Shown: piece after piece, positions 51,160 to 63,915 of the stretch
Layout of the letters: each line of letters opens with the position of its first letter
Position numbering within the stretch: the first letter of the stretch is position 1
Assembly: GCA_013265495.1 (NCBI GenBank)
Contig: MU063101.1
Coordinates: 6,562,164-6,626,163 of the forward strand
DNA: 64,000 bases
DNA from: Vicugna vicugna
Lineage: Eukaryota
Reading direction: 5' to 3'
Notes under the pieces: model-generated
What the model was told of the DNA's origin: nothing
The model's input: only the letters and a program-made list of their open reading frames with translations
The model's database searches: none
Position numbers and translations under genes: made by a program

Positions 51160-51350
51160 CTAGACAATGTAGAGTGTGAGTGACTGCAGGGTACAAATCC
51201 CAGCTCTGCCATTTATAAGCCATATGGTCCTAGGCAAGATACTCTGAGCCTTGGTTTCCCAATCTATGGAATGGGGATAGTCCCTGCCTGCTGGAGCTAT
51301 AATGAAGACTCCACAAGAAAATGGTGGTAAAATGCTCACTGTAAGATGGG
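51160..51350 (+). mobile_element. MIR SINE
   Basis: caaatcccagctctgccattt...ctgagccttggtttccc. Confidence 0.8.
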
Positions 51351-53345
51351 GGGAGGCCATTTTCAGCCCAAATCCTCATTAAGAGCTGAGCTAAGCTGAG
51401 TCCCCACTTTTTCAGGTCTAAATTGAATTCTCCATTCCTTGAGGTCTTGTATGACCTTAACTTCAACTTTTCAAAGCAAGATGTTTTGACACTGCTGTTT
51501 TGACCTTGGCATTTGGACCATGCTTTGAATTCAGGTGTTATGTCATTACTTTACTAATGCTCTTACTCTAAGAAATAGATACACACCACTGGTCTTGAAT
51601 CCAATTAATATGTTACTGCTAGAGACAGAGATAATGCACACAAAATAAAATGGGCAGTGGCTGAAACTGCAAGCAGTAAACTTTGTTGTGGAGGGAAAAT
51701 AGGCTGAAGGATCAAATACTGCTGGCATCATGGAAAACCACACAAAAAAAAATGTGCTGTGGAAAATTAGACTTGGTCGAAGAAGGAGAACAAAATAAAA
51801 TGACAATGGCCAGTCCTGCACCAAGAAAATTTTATTATTCATTAGAAACTGATGCAAGAATCAAAACTTCTTGTCAAAAATATAGAACAGCAAAACTGGA
51901 CTTGGTAGAATAAAGCCACAAAACAGAACCCACAGATTAGACGTTGCCTTTGGAAAATTTTAATTTGGCAAAAACCAATCAATGAACCAAATATTTGGCA
52001 TAAAATGTATACACAGTGCAACTAATCCTGAAGAAAGTAATTCCATCAGTAAAACTGAATTATTTGTAAATTTGAAATTGTTGAACTATGCTGTGTAGAA
52101 AACTGAGCAGTGACTTAATTTGGCTTCATACAATTTTCTTGAGCAATATTACTGGACACAAATTGTTGATACAATTCTGATTCATTTTAACTGCTTTGAA
52201 ATATATATTAAAAGCTAGCAAGTTCCAAATAATGAGATTAAAACATTCTACACTTACTGTAAGTATAATGCTTAACATGGCACCCAGGGTGTAACAAATC
52301 CCTATTATTATTTACTAATGTTCTTATGCAGTCATTAAATTTTTAAACCTAAGAATGTTTTCTTCATACACTTAAGTCCATTTATTATTGAATACAAGAT
52401 GGGTGCTAATTATAAATGGTCTTATCTATATATTGAGAGATGCTTAGCAGGATGATTTTATAATGTTAATAACAAGAGAAGCAGGGTGGAGAAGAGATCT
52501 GATTATCACCTTCCCTGAGAACTTGCTATGGAACAGGTCCCAGGCTTGGGAAGGGCTTTGTTAATGGGTAGCTTCCAGCTCCTGCAGCACCTGGGTGTCA
52601 TAGAAGTATTTAGAAAATGCGTGTGTCCTTACTTCGCCTTAACTCAGATGTGCACTCCCCAGCGAGACTCTTCTAAATTCCTGCGTCTTTAGCTTGTGTT
52701 GACACGTGGCAGGTTCGAGTCTGACATGTTACTTTCTTATGCTGAGGGTGTCTTGTTGAGTTTCATGGGTTTTGTGCTTCCCTGCTGCCTATTAGGCTTA
52801 TAACTTACAGAGCTTTGACTTTAAATGTCAGGATTGTCGCTGTAACAATGGAGCAAAAAGCAGGCTGTTGACATTTTTGGACACAATTTACAGTATTCTT
52901 TTTTTTTCCTTTAACATTTTCATGTTAGCAGGTGACACTTGCCCACAGAACCACAACACAAGGCCCAGGGTTTTAGTGAAATCCATCTTACCTAGAACCA
53001 GTAGCCCTCGGCTCCAAAAGCCATGTCTGATGCAACTTTATGTAAACTGGTTTCTCTTTCTGAGCCTGGGCCCCGTCTTATAAAGTAAAAAGGTACTACC
53101 ACCTATTTCATGGGGTTAGGATGAAACTTAAGTTTTCAATGCCCTATATAATCAGAGCTTCTCTAAAGAAGTGTGGTCTTGTACATGATTCAACGTGTTT
53201 AGAGCTCTCTATATGTTCTCATCTAATAGTTTACATTTTTACAGATTAGAAAATACTTCAAACAAATGCATGAGCTCTATGGCATGTTTCCTGCCAGCAG
53301 TTAGAAGCTGGAGGGTAATGACTATTGATATATACAGAAGTTTAG

Positions 53346-53568
53346 AACAGTGGTTAACCAGCCACAGCCCACATGCCAAATATGGCCCACCACCTGACTT
53401 TATCAATGAAGTTTCACTGAAATGCAGTCACGCCCATTCAGTGATATACTGTCTGTGGCTGCATTGGTGCCAGGACGGAGTTTAATAGTCGCAGCAGAAA
53501 CAGTATGGTCCACAGAGCCTACAATTTTTATTGTCTCATCCTTTACAGACAAAATTTGCTGACCCTTG
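53346..53568 (+). mobile_element. MER58A-like hAT-Charlie MITE
   Basis: gccaaatatggcccaccacctg...cacgcccattc...cctttacagacaaaatttgctgaccc. Confidence 0.85.
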
Positions 53569-54304
53569 CTTGGCTTAGAGTTTCAGGTGACTTTCCATCT
53601 CTATAGATTTAAATACACATTTGGTTAAATGTCACAGCAATCTTGGATGTGAGTATCATCCCCATTGTATAGATGTGTAAACTAAGGTGCTCGATTTGTA
53701 AGTGGAAGCCAAGGATTAATTCCAGCCCACTACCACCACATCCCATATCTGACTATGAGCTCACAGGCTTTTAGTACTTGATCAATTTTATTTCACAATT
53801 TATTTATTTTCCATTGTGTATTTAGTGTCATGACTATGTCGTTTAATCATCACTCAAGCATCTCCTGTGGCAGGCACTCTGCTGGCCACTAGGGCTCAGC
53901 TGTGAACACTTCCTGCTGTCAGGAAGCTTATGTTCCCGACTACTGTGCATGTACTTCACTGGTTCCTGGGGCCTAATCACACTTGCCGACTCCATCACTT
54001 TGGCTCACTGAGTGTGACCACATATGGTGCCAAGTTTGGCTGCTACAGTAGTGAACCACATGGATTGGTCCCCTCCCCTGCACCCCTGCCCTGGAGGTAG
54101 GAGGAGTTCACAGCCAAGTGGGAAATTGCCTTTAGGGCACACTCTTGATCTCTAGAATGTGATACAGACTGGAGATACCATGAAATATAGTCTGATGGCT
54201 TCCACGCGTGCATTTCTATCTCAAGACTTCGTGCTAAGGGCTAGAAAGAAGAGAGAGAGTCTGTGTAAACAGAGTCAGAAGTCTTCAGGAATTATGCAGA
54301 TGAG

Positions 54305-54425
54305 TGTGTCTCAGGCTTTGACAGACATGCAGATTTTAATGTGGGGATCTTGTGAAAATTCAAGTTCCGATTCCATGCCTCCAGGGTGGGACCTAGGGCT
54401 GTAACAAGCTCCCAGGAGATGCTCT
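54305..54425. mobile_element. MER5-like MITE fragment
   Basis: ggggatcttgtgaaaattcaag...ggtgggacctagggctgtaacaagctcccaggagatgct. Confidence 0.6.
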
Positions 54426-55194
54426 GAGTTTCATGCTTTGAATAGCAAGATACCAGTGAAAAGTCCCCTGAAATCTCTCACCCTTGATGCTAGAAGCATG
54501 GAACATGGATAGGTTCTCAGTGTTAGAGACCAGGGTTGAAGCCAACATGCTCGGGCATGGACGAAAACCAATATCACTCCCTGTAGACGTGAGACTTTGG
54601 CGGGTAATCGGTTACCAGTCATTGACCGCATTTACCAGTTTTCTCTCCCATCTCACTAGCTTCCCCTTTTCCTTAATTTTAGGCTCCTCCTTGCCCCCAG
54701 CTCAGCCTGCAGTCTGTTCTGTGATTCAGACCACTGAAGCCAGGTCCCTGGTGGAGATGCGAGACTTCCTATTTCCTCTGCTGAAGTTCAAGTGAGGGAA
54801 GACAGCAGCTTCTAGCGCAGACTCTTCACTCAGTAATCCTGTCAGACTGACTTGCACGTCTTCCCAGCCTGTCTGCTCCGACTGCACAGGCTGGTGATTA
54901 AAACTTAGAACAATAATTAGACCCTTTATTTTCAAAGCAAATTTGGTTTCCAGACCAGACTTCAAGATTCATTACAATACAGGCTAATAAAAACAAGTCT
55001 GGGGACATATGTTTTGGGTTTTTTTTTTTTTAAGTTTCTGTGTTGTGAAATCTATAACAGCATTAAAACCATTGTGAAAAAAAAATCATGATTCCTCAGC
55101 AAAACACTCAGTGAATATTCCTTTCTGTTTCTTATCCAAATATATTTCACATATATATACATAGTGTAGAGGCAAGTTTGTTCTGTAATTTTTC

Positions 55195-57077
55195 TTTTTT
55201 TTTCTTTTTCTCTTTCTTCTTTTTATTCTCTTCCTTATGGTTTGATGACTAGAGAAGTTCCTTTAACATTAGTTGTAAAGCTGGTTTGGTGGTGCTGAAA
55301 TCTTTTAGCTTTTGTTTATCTGTGAAGCTTTTGATTTCTCCATCAAGTCTAAACGAGAGCCTTGCTGGACAGAGTATTCTTGGGTGTAAGTTTTCCCCTT
55401 TCATCATTTTAAACATATCATGCCACTCCCTTCTGGCCTGTAGAGTTTCTGCTGAAAAATCAGCTGATAACCATATGGGAGTTCCCTTGTATGTTATTTG
55501 TTGCTTTTCTCTTGCTAGTTTTAATATTTTCTTCTTATCCTTAATTTTTGTCAATTTGGTCACCATGTGCCTTGGTCTATTCCTCTGTGGGTTGATCCTG
55601 TGTAGTACTCTGCACTTCCTGGACTTGGGTGACTGTTTTCTTTCCCAGGTTGGGGAAGTTTTCAGTTATTGTCTCTCCTAAAATTTTCTCAGGTCCTTTC
55701 TCTCTCTCTACTCTTTCTGGGACCCCTATAATGTGAATATTAGTGCATTTCATGTTGTCCCAGAATTCTCTTAAAGTATCCTCATATCTTTTCATTCTTT
55801 TTTCTTTTTTCTGTTTTGCAGTAGTGATTTCCACTAACCTGTCTTCTAGCTCACTGATCCATTCTTCTGCCTCATTTAGTCTATTCTTGGTTCCTTCTAG
55901 TATGTTATTCATTTCAGAAATTTTATTCTTCTACTCTTCAACTCTGGGTATTCTTTATATTTTCCAACTCTTTGCTAATAACTTCGCTCTGTGCATCTAT
56001 ACTCCTCTTGAGTTCTCTAAACATCTTCGGCATCATTATTTTAAACTCTTTCTCAGATAAATTGCTTATCTCCTCATCACTTATTTCTTCTTCTGGGATT
56101 TTATCTTGTGCCTTGGCCTGGGAAATATTCCTTTGCTGCTTCATATCCTCTTTCTGTGTGTTTGTGGACTCCTTCCACATGCTTTGGGATTGTTGTTTTC
56201 TTATTTCTAGCATCTGACCCTGGTGGATGAGGCTGGACTAGAGGCTTATGCAGGTTTCTTCGCAGGAGGAGCCAAGTGCCTGCCCACTGCTGGGTGAAGC
56301 TTGGTCCTGGACCTCTGGTGGGTAGGGCTGTCTAGAGGCTTTTGTGGCTTAGAAAGTCTGCTGATGGGTGTGGCTATGTTCCCACCCTGAATGTTGTTTA
56401 GCCTGAGGCTTCTCTACAGGCTGTTGGGTGGGGCTAGGTCTTGGTGTTAATGATCATATCAAGATGTCAGCCTCCAGGAAAGCTCATGTAGATGAACACT
56501 CCCAGAATGTCCACACCCAGCTTTATGTCCCCTGGGTGAGCCGCAGCCATCCCCCACATCCCCAGGAGACCCTCCAAATCCATCAGGCAGGTCAGGCCCA
56601 GGTTACTATGAAATCACTGCCTCTGCCCTTGGACCTGTTGCACGCGATTTTCTGTGTACGTTTCCCAAGCGAATAGAGTCTCTGTTTCCCCCAGTCCTGT
56701 GAGGCTCCCAGAGCCAAGTCCTGCTGGCCTTCAAAACCAAATGTCCTGGGGTCTCCTTCTCTTCCCAATGCCGGAACCCAAGCTGGGGATCCTGAAGTGG
56801 GGTTTAGACCTCTCACTCCTGTGTGAGGGCCTCTGCGACCTAACAAATCTTCAGCTTGTGGGTTGCCCACCTGGAAGGTATGGGTCCCAATTAAATCTCG
56901 AGCACGCCCCTCCTACCATCCTGCTGCGATTCCCTCTTTATGTTTCCAGTTGCAGAAGATCTTTTTGCTGGGTTCCAGTCCTTTTTTCAATGGTTAGCAT
57001 TCAGTTGTGGTTTTGTTGTAGTCGTGAGGAGAGGCAAGCTTGTGGTCCTACCACTCTGCCATATTGACCAGCCCTCC
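55195..57077 (-). mobile_element. ORF2-less L1 element (5' UTR + ORF1 + short spacer + A-tail) with a perfect 17-bp TSD; half-L1/HAL1-like
   Basis: TSD ttgttctgtaatttttc at 55178-55194 and 57078-57094. Minus-strand start GGAGGGCTGGTCAATATGGCAGAG resembles an L1 5' end with a degenerate YY1 site. A-rich tail begins ~25 nt after the ORF1 stop. Confidence 0.85.
55249..56144 (-). pseudogene. L1 ORF1p pseudogene (frameshifted, three pieces)
   Basis: MKQQRNISQAKAQDK... start; coiled-coil RLNEAEEWISELEDR; RRM/CTD NIHIIGVPE, ARREW, YKGTPIWLSADFSAETL, ARLSF, KPALQLMLKELL*. The pieces lie in three different frames. Confidence 0.92.
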
Positions 57078-57229
57078 TTGTTCTGTAATTTTTCAACTTA
57101 TTTTATGATGACCATATTCTGTGTTGCTACATGATCTTATTATTTTTAAAGGCTGCACCTTATTTCTTCTAGTTGACAAGCCAGTATGTTTGTAAACATT
57201 GAACAGTTCTTTATGGAACATTTCAATGG

Positions 57230-57335
57230 TTTCCTTTTTCCTTTCCTTCCTTCTTCCCTCTTTCCCTCCCTTCTTCTTTCCTTCCTTTTCTCTGTCTCCT
57301 ACTTTTCCCTCTTACTCTCTCCCCTACTTTCTCTT
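57230..57335 (+). repeat. Pyrimidine-rich low-complexity tract
   Basis: (TTCC/TCCC)-like, seen directly. Confidence 0.7.
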
Positions 57336-58179
57336 ACTTCATCATCTTCTAGCAGAAACAGTGCTCTGTCCGTGAACCATTTGCTAACTCTTTATCTTAA
57401 GTTGAATTATTTCCTTACAGTACATTCTCAGCCAGCAGGAAGAGATGTGTTTTGTTCCCTTTTGGTAAAGTTTGAGAATTCCACTGGCCACATCTGTATG
57501 GTATTGCCGTTCCCTATGAACATCCCAACGGGTGACACCCTAAGCATGCTTTTGTCTATCAGACCAAAGGAGTGATTCTGACATTAATTCTATTCCCTTA
57601 TACCTGCATTCACTCCTGGGCTGTTGGAATGAGTCTCAGCTCAAACCATGCTTAACTCAGCCACTAAGTCATGGGTTGGTCTCACACAAGTTACTTTCTA
57701 GTTCCATTTTTCTCTAAATATACAGTTTAGATGTTAGTGCCACAACACATATGGTTGTCCTGAAGAATAAATCCACTAGATATTAGCTTATTGAGAGACG
57801 TATTTTTTTTCTGTTTGTTTCCCCAGTCTAACCCCAGTATCAAGAACAGTGCATGGCATGTAGTAGGTGTTGAATAAATATCAGTTTTATGAATCATTGA
57901 AAAAAAAACCTGTAAGATCAGAAACAATGTAGAAAAGTAAGAGTCTTCACTCCAAAGAGTTTAAATCTGTGGTACTTAAGCCTTTTGAGAATGAGTGTAT
58001 CACTCACATCTGTGTGTTAACAAATAGAATTTCACAAATAATTTTGATAGAGAACATGGAAATTTTCCCATGGACACCAGGCAGTGTTGTCATTGAGAAT
58101 CCCTGGTGTAAAAGAACCTCTAAATTCTAGTTCATTTGACATCGTCCTACCAAGTAGAACTTTGAAATAGTAAGCAATC

Positions 58180-58350
58180 CATGCCTTACGGCACCTTCAG
58201 TCTTTATTACAGTCTGTTAAGATAGGCATTATTATTCCCATTTTATAGGAGCAAATCCTGGATTCAGAAAGATTCAAGGGAGTTACTCAAAGTGACACAC
58301 CTACTAAATGTGGAGCAGGGACGAGGATTTTCTAACTCCAGTGCAGCCTG
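58180..58350 (-). mobile_element. MIR SINE
   Basis: ggcattattattcccattttatagg...ttactcaaagtgacacac. Confidence 0.7.
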
Positions 58351-60784
58351 GTTTCGTTAAAGGCCCCCATTGCCCCTGCATTGATTTGCACAACCTTTGT
58401 CTTCTTAGCACTTGATTGATGGTTATTGTTAGTGCAGATAATTCGGTCTCCTTTATAATGATCAAGACCTTTATGCGAGTTAAGGTCTCAGATGATGAGG
58501 ACGAGGCAGGGGCTGACACCATTCTCAGCTTCATCTGGAAATTTCTAACTAGAGTTCATTAACTTGTCAGCTCTAGTTCCTTCCGAGCACCATGCTGATA
58601 CAATAAAATAGTGCCGATCGACAGAAACCTTAAGCGTGTTTCATCCGTCTTCCTTTGTTACTCTTTTTTCTTTCTTCCTTCATCTTTTATTACTACTTTT
58701 TTCCCCTCCACTTTAAAAGGAAAACTGTTATACTTCTCATTAGCTGTGCAGTTCTGTTTTTCCCTGTGTATTCTGAGTTCTTGGAAATCCAGGGACATCT
58801 TGCTTTTCCCAGACACACCTATTATTGCCCCGAAGAGAAGGAAGCTAACCTTATCTAGACTCACTAAGCAAACATAGACTCTCCTGTAAAGTCATTTTCT
58901 TAAGTACGACCTGGCCTACTAACTCCGTGGGGGGAGATGTGATAGTTTTGCAGGACTGCTTCACTTAGGAAACTAATGTTGACAGTGTTTTTGTCTGAGC
59001 TCTGTACAGAAGCTAAATAATCCTCTGAGGTGATAGGGGAAGGCATTGTGGTTACATCCACTGACGAGAATGTGAGAGTGAGGGTGGTTTCTCCTTAATA
59101 TTGCTTACTTAGCTCTGTTGACAATTTTTAGGCTCATTCAACTTCTGTCTACAAAATAAATAGTCACACCATTCCCCTTCCTGGTGAGATGAACTTCTTG
59201 TTCTATCTCCTCATCATCCCTTACTCAGTCTCTGCCTCCTCCAACACTTACTACATCATTGGGGTATTTGACTCTGTGACATGAATTTCTTCAACTGAGC
59301 ACATTTGGATTTGTTCTGGGGAAACACTGTGACTACTTTAATCTGCTGATTTTACCCACAACATGGCAATCAGCCCAACCATCATGAACTATCATATGGG
59401 TCCGCAGTGCTCTCTGGGAGCAGCCCAGAGACCAAACTAATGTTTAGGAGACTAAACATGATCCCAGACAGAAGGCTTGCTCAAGGATCTGCAGCTGGAA
59501 TCTGCATGCTTGAACAGTTCCCCTGTTCTCGGAGAAGTTCTCCAACAGCTCCTGTAACATGAGACGGAAAGCATCCACCCTGGACCATAGCTAAAGGACC
59601 AATCACAGGAAGGAAAGTGCAGTTGCAGAATAATTATCCCTGGGCCATGACCACATTTCATGAGCATTTTATTGCTATCACGACTCATGATTTCAATTTT
59701 CAGGACTGAGTCTCTCTGCTGGAGCCCAGTTTAAATCCTTAATATGAGAGTCTGTGCTTTACAGGCATGTGGCAATGCAGAGTCAGTCAATTTACGTATA
59801 ATTCTCTTGGACTGACCACAGTTATGTTCTGGGAGGGGACCAAAAAGGCGGCATGTGTAAACGATACTGAGCTGATCAAGTGTGATCTTTTCTCTTTTAC
59901 TTCTGATCAGCCACAAGGCTGGATTCAAGACTACTGTTCAATTTGAACTTGAAAGTGATGATGTTTACACCTGAGTTCTTGATATCTGAGTTTTAGTTGA
60001 AAGGAAAAAGTACCAGTGCCTTTGAATGTCAGGGCCCTGCTGAGGTATTTTCCAATTCTCATAAAAAGTCCCCTGAACACCTTTGGAAATGAAAAGCAAG
60101 TCTTGATCTTGTCCTTTGGATAATGTCAAGATCGAGTGTACCTCTGGAGAAATATTGATAGAGACTCAAATCAATACTTCCCACTTGTCACTGATTTTCT
60201 GTGTGCTTTGGACTAGTTGCTTAACTTTGCCAAGCCTCAGTTTTGCTCAACAAAAGTTGATACTGCCACATAGATGGGAGATTCAGTTGCTTTTGTTTTT
60301 TGTCTTCAAAAAGAAGCATTTAGTCTAACAGATATGAGACATCCCCCCACATATACACACATAACCCAAGACCTGTTAAGGTTCATGTAATGAGAATCTA
60401 CCATTCCTGGCAATCCAGTAATCTGGATATGCCTCTAAGCTATTACAATGCTGGTCTTTTTTCCTGAGTCTGGCCCTTTGACCACCTCATACTGTCTTAA
60501 TAGGGTTCAAGATTATGGGCTTACTGCCGTATACAACATTGCTCTTCTTTAAAAAAAAAAAAGTGAATAAGACTTTGCAAGCTGGAAATTCAAAAAGTCA
60601 GTATAGACGTGCATGATCAAAGTCTGTAAAATAATTAAAATCATTTTACAATTTTATCAGAGTTACTACAGCAGGGTTCTAAGGGTGATCTCACTGGTAC
60701 AGCCAATAACCTGCTAATTACTAGAGACAGTCTGGTTGCCTGGGTGACAACTTCCCCTCCCTAACTTCCACAACTTGCTTGACT

Positions 60785-61270
60785 GGGATGATCAGGGAAG
60801 GCTTCTGGGAGGAGGTGGCATCTTTTGAATTTAAGTGGGAAGGACATTCCAAGTAAGACGGATGCTATGAGGTAATATACAAAACAGGAAAACATAAAAC
60901 CTGTTCAGTGAACACAGCACCGTAACATTTGATCTAAAAGAGCTGATTCCATTAGAGAAAGAAAATTAGAAAAGTTGTCTGAGCTCCAATTTTAGAGGAG
61001 CCTTGAATGTCAAGCTAAGAAGATAGAGTAGACCACACAACAAGCAAAGAAGAATCATGACTTTATTTGTTCATTTTTTTTTTGCAACAAATATCCACTG
61101 AGTACCTATTCTGTGCTACCTTAAAGGTAACCTTTGATAAATAGTATTTCAGAATGCCTAGTGTATGAGAATATCTAGATGGGCTGAAGGAGCATGAGAC
61201 TAGGACAAGAGGGGAAGAAAGTTGGGAGGCTACTGGGATGGTCCAGATGTCCCAAGGATCTGGCCCGTAA
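60785..61270 (-). mobile_element. L2 fragments
   Basis: atcagggaaggcttctgggaggaggtggcat; gagccttgaatgtcaagctaag; gggaggctactgggatggtccag. Confidence 0.7.
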
Positions 61271-61439
61271 AGTAGGAAGGAGCATCAGGAACCAAACTGA
61301 AGAGCATTGCCTCAAGAAATAGCCTGTGGTAATTTCAGTGGTTGTGTTGGGACTTTTAGTATCTATACTTGTCAGAGTTTGCCTTCAAATAATATTGAGC
61401 CCTTCACATATAGTATAAGGAGCTTACAAACAGTGTACT

Positions 61440-62010
61440 TCTGTTTTCCCCTTTCCCAGCCTTTGCAGTATGGCTGTAACATATTTTACTTTACCATATA
61501 TTGTAAATAAACCTTACACTAGAATGTCATTGTTTCTGCTTTAAGCAGTCAATCACCCTTTCAAGACATATAAAAATAAGAAAAAAAGTCATATTTTCCC
61601 ACATATCCACAGTTCCTTGTGCTTCTCATTCCTTTTTGCAGATTTATATATCTATCTGATATCTTTTCCTTTCTGCTGAAGGTCTGTTTAGCATTCTTTA
61701 TGATGCTCTTCTGCTGGTAGAATTCTTTCACCTCTTGTATGTCTGAAAAAGTCTTTATTTCACCTTCAATTCTGGGAGATATTTTCATATTTAGATATTT
61801 AGAGTTCTAGATTGACTTTTTTTTCCTTTGAGTATTTTAAAGATTTGCTTCACAGTCTTCAAACTTGCAGTTTCTGACAAGACATCTGCTGTCATCCTTA
61901 TCTTTTTTTTACTGTTTGTGATATGTCTGCCCCCATCCATGCTGGCTGCTCTTAAGATTTTATTTTTATTACTGGTTTGAAGCATTTTGATCATGATAAG
62001 AAGTATTCTG
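61440..62010 (-). mobile_element. Old L1 fragment (ORF1 C-terminal part and spacer)
   Basis: Minus-strand ORFs IRMTADVLSET...IFKILK and EGEIKTFSD match the L1 ORF1p C-terminal domain. Confidence 0.8.
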
Positions 62011-62289
62011 ACGTGTGAATCAAGAGGGCATTGAAACAGATAAGATGTGAGCACTGGGAAAAGAGGTAAAATAAATGGGAGTCTACCCAGATTAATTGAA
62101 ACTGATAGTTGCTTCTTTGAGCCCAGTACTATCTCTACATGTAAGGGAGAAATACCTCTACAGAGCGTACCCTAAATGTACCTGGAAAGAAAAGTAATAG
62201 CACTTAAAGAGCACTATATATACATATTTGTGTTGGTTTGTACACACACACACACCCACACACCCCACCAGCACCACCACCAACAAAAA

Positions 62290-62450
62290 CCCTATGATGT
62301 AGATACTATTAAGTCTCCATTTTATATATGTTAAAACTGTTGCACAGAATGATTGAATAATTTTAGCACATCACTAGTAAGTGGCAGAGCTGGGATTTGA
62401 ACACAGACCATCAAATTAACAGTCTATTAACCACTCACTATTCTGAACTG
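62290..62450 (-). mobile_element. MIR SINE
   Basis: ctagtaagtggcagagctgggatttgaacacag. Confidence 0.8.
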
Positions 62451-62949
62451 CCACTTACAGTAAATGACAGCCAAGTATACCTGAAGGAAGATATTGACAG
62501 ATCCAGAGGGCAGCTTTGTTATAAACATTCCATGTTAAAGGAGGGAAAGATGCTGCTTCTTGGACAGAGAAGATTCTACTTTCAGAGCAGTGTCCTCCTG
62601 TCTGATCTTCCAGCCTCTGGCTTAGATATTGAAGTTCCTTCAAATATAGAATGCCCATAATCTTAGAGCCTAGACATCAAACTAGACACTAGGGTGTCCT
62701 CACGGTTGCTACCCAGTGAGTCCAACATAAGACAGAAACTTCTGCAGATGAAAAGGAAGGAGTTCACAAACATGTTTGACCTCATACATCAGTCCACTTA
62801 CAAGGCATGAGAAAGAAGGGAAATAACACCAAATTTCTTGTTGTAATCTCTCTGGACTACCTATTTACTGATAATGACAGTCATCTTTTAGTGAGAATCT
62901 TCTAAGAGCTAAGTGCTTTGCTTCTATTACTTCTAAACCTTAGTATAAG

Positions 62950-63150
62950 GGCCCATACTGCCACTATTCCAAACCTTACGTTTCCTTTAACTTTGAACGA
63001 TTCTTTGAAGATTATTTAACTTCCCTGTACCTCAGTTTCCTCATCCATATCATGAGGTTAATAATAGTAACTACCAAAATGCTGTTTTGAGGGATTTTTG
63101 TATACAGTGCTTGGGATAGTGCTGGCCCCTGCCAAGCATTCAGTGAGTAT
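62950..63150 (+). mobile_element. MIR SINE
   Basis: tttaacttccctgtacctcagtttcctcatc...aataatagtaactacc. Confidence 0.8.
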
Positions 63151-63369
63151 AAGATGCTGGTATTCTTACCTCTGTTATTTCTACCTGGGAGTTCCTACTT
63201 TGTCCATCCAAATCTTAACTGTCCTGCAAAATCAGCTTAGCATTCAGCCCACCTTCCTGATCACGTGACTCAGGTGCCATCTCTGTTTCTGCTAACAGTC
63301 AGTCAATACAGCGGAGCATCTCCGTTGACTGTGTTACTCCATAAAGGCTCATTTTGCTTCTCAACTAGA

Positions 63370-63915
63370 TTAATTCGTCATTCACTGAATCTTTATGTTG
63401 TTTGAGCACTAACCAGGTGCCAAAGACTGTTCTGGTTTACTAGCATTAGAACAGTAAATAAGAAAGATAAAAAGCAAATTCCTGCCTCATGCATCTTGTG
63501 TATTGGTTTAGAGGGGAGAGGGCACAGACAAAAAGTAATATAAATAAGTAAAACATGTGGCACATTAGACAATAACAGTGATGTGATATAAATAAAGCAC
63601 AGAGGAGAGATAGCAGGTGTTGGGGATATCATGCAACGCTCAACACTGGAGTCAGGGAGGACTTGTCTGACATAAGAGCACAAGCCATAGGGACGCAGGT
63701 GTAGAGCATTCTTGGGCGAGCGTGCAGCAAGAGCAGAGGCTCTGAAGTGGGCGCAAGGGCAGAGGCTGGGGGACCAGTTAGGAGGCTTTTGCTGTAATCA
63801 TGGCAGAAGAGGATGTTGGCTTGGACCAGGACTGTGAAGTTGAGAAAGGGGTGGCAGAGTGAGAAATTCTGAATATGTATTGAAGATGAAGCTCATAGAC
63901 CAGATAAAGTATGAA
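63370..63915 (-). mobile_element. L2 (L2a-type) 3' region
   Basis: gagcactaaccaggtgcc...cctgcctcatg...gaccagttaggaggcttttgctgtaatc...ggcttggaccagg. Confidence 0.8.

Noticed and set aside
60735-60748. RFX X-box-like motif GTTGCCTGGGTGAC
   Set aside because: Single imperfect motif with no supporting cluster; cannot be distinguished from chance without conservation data.
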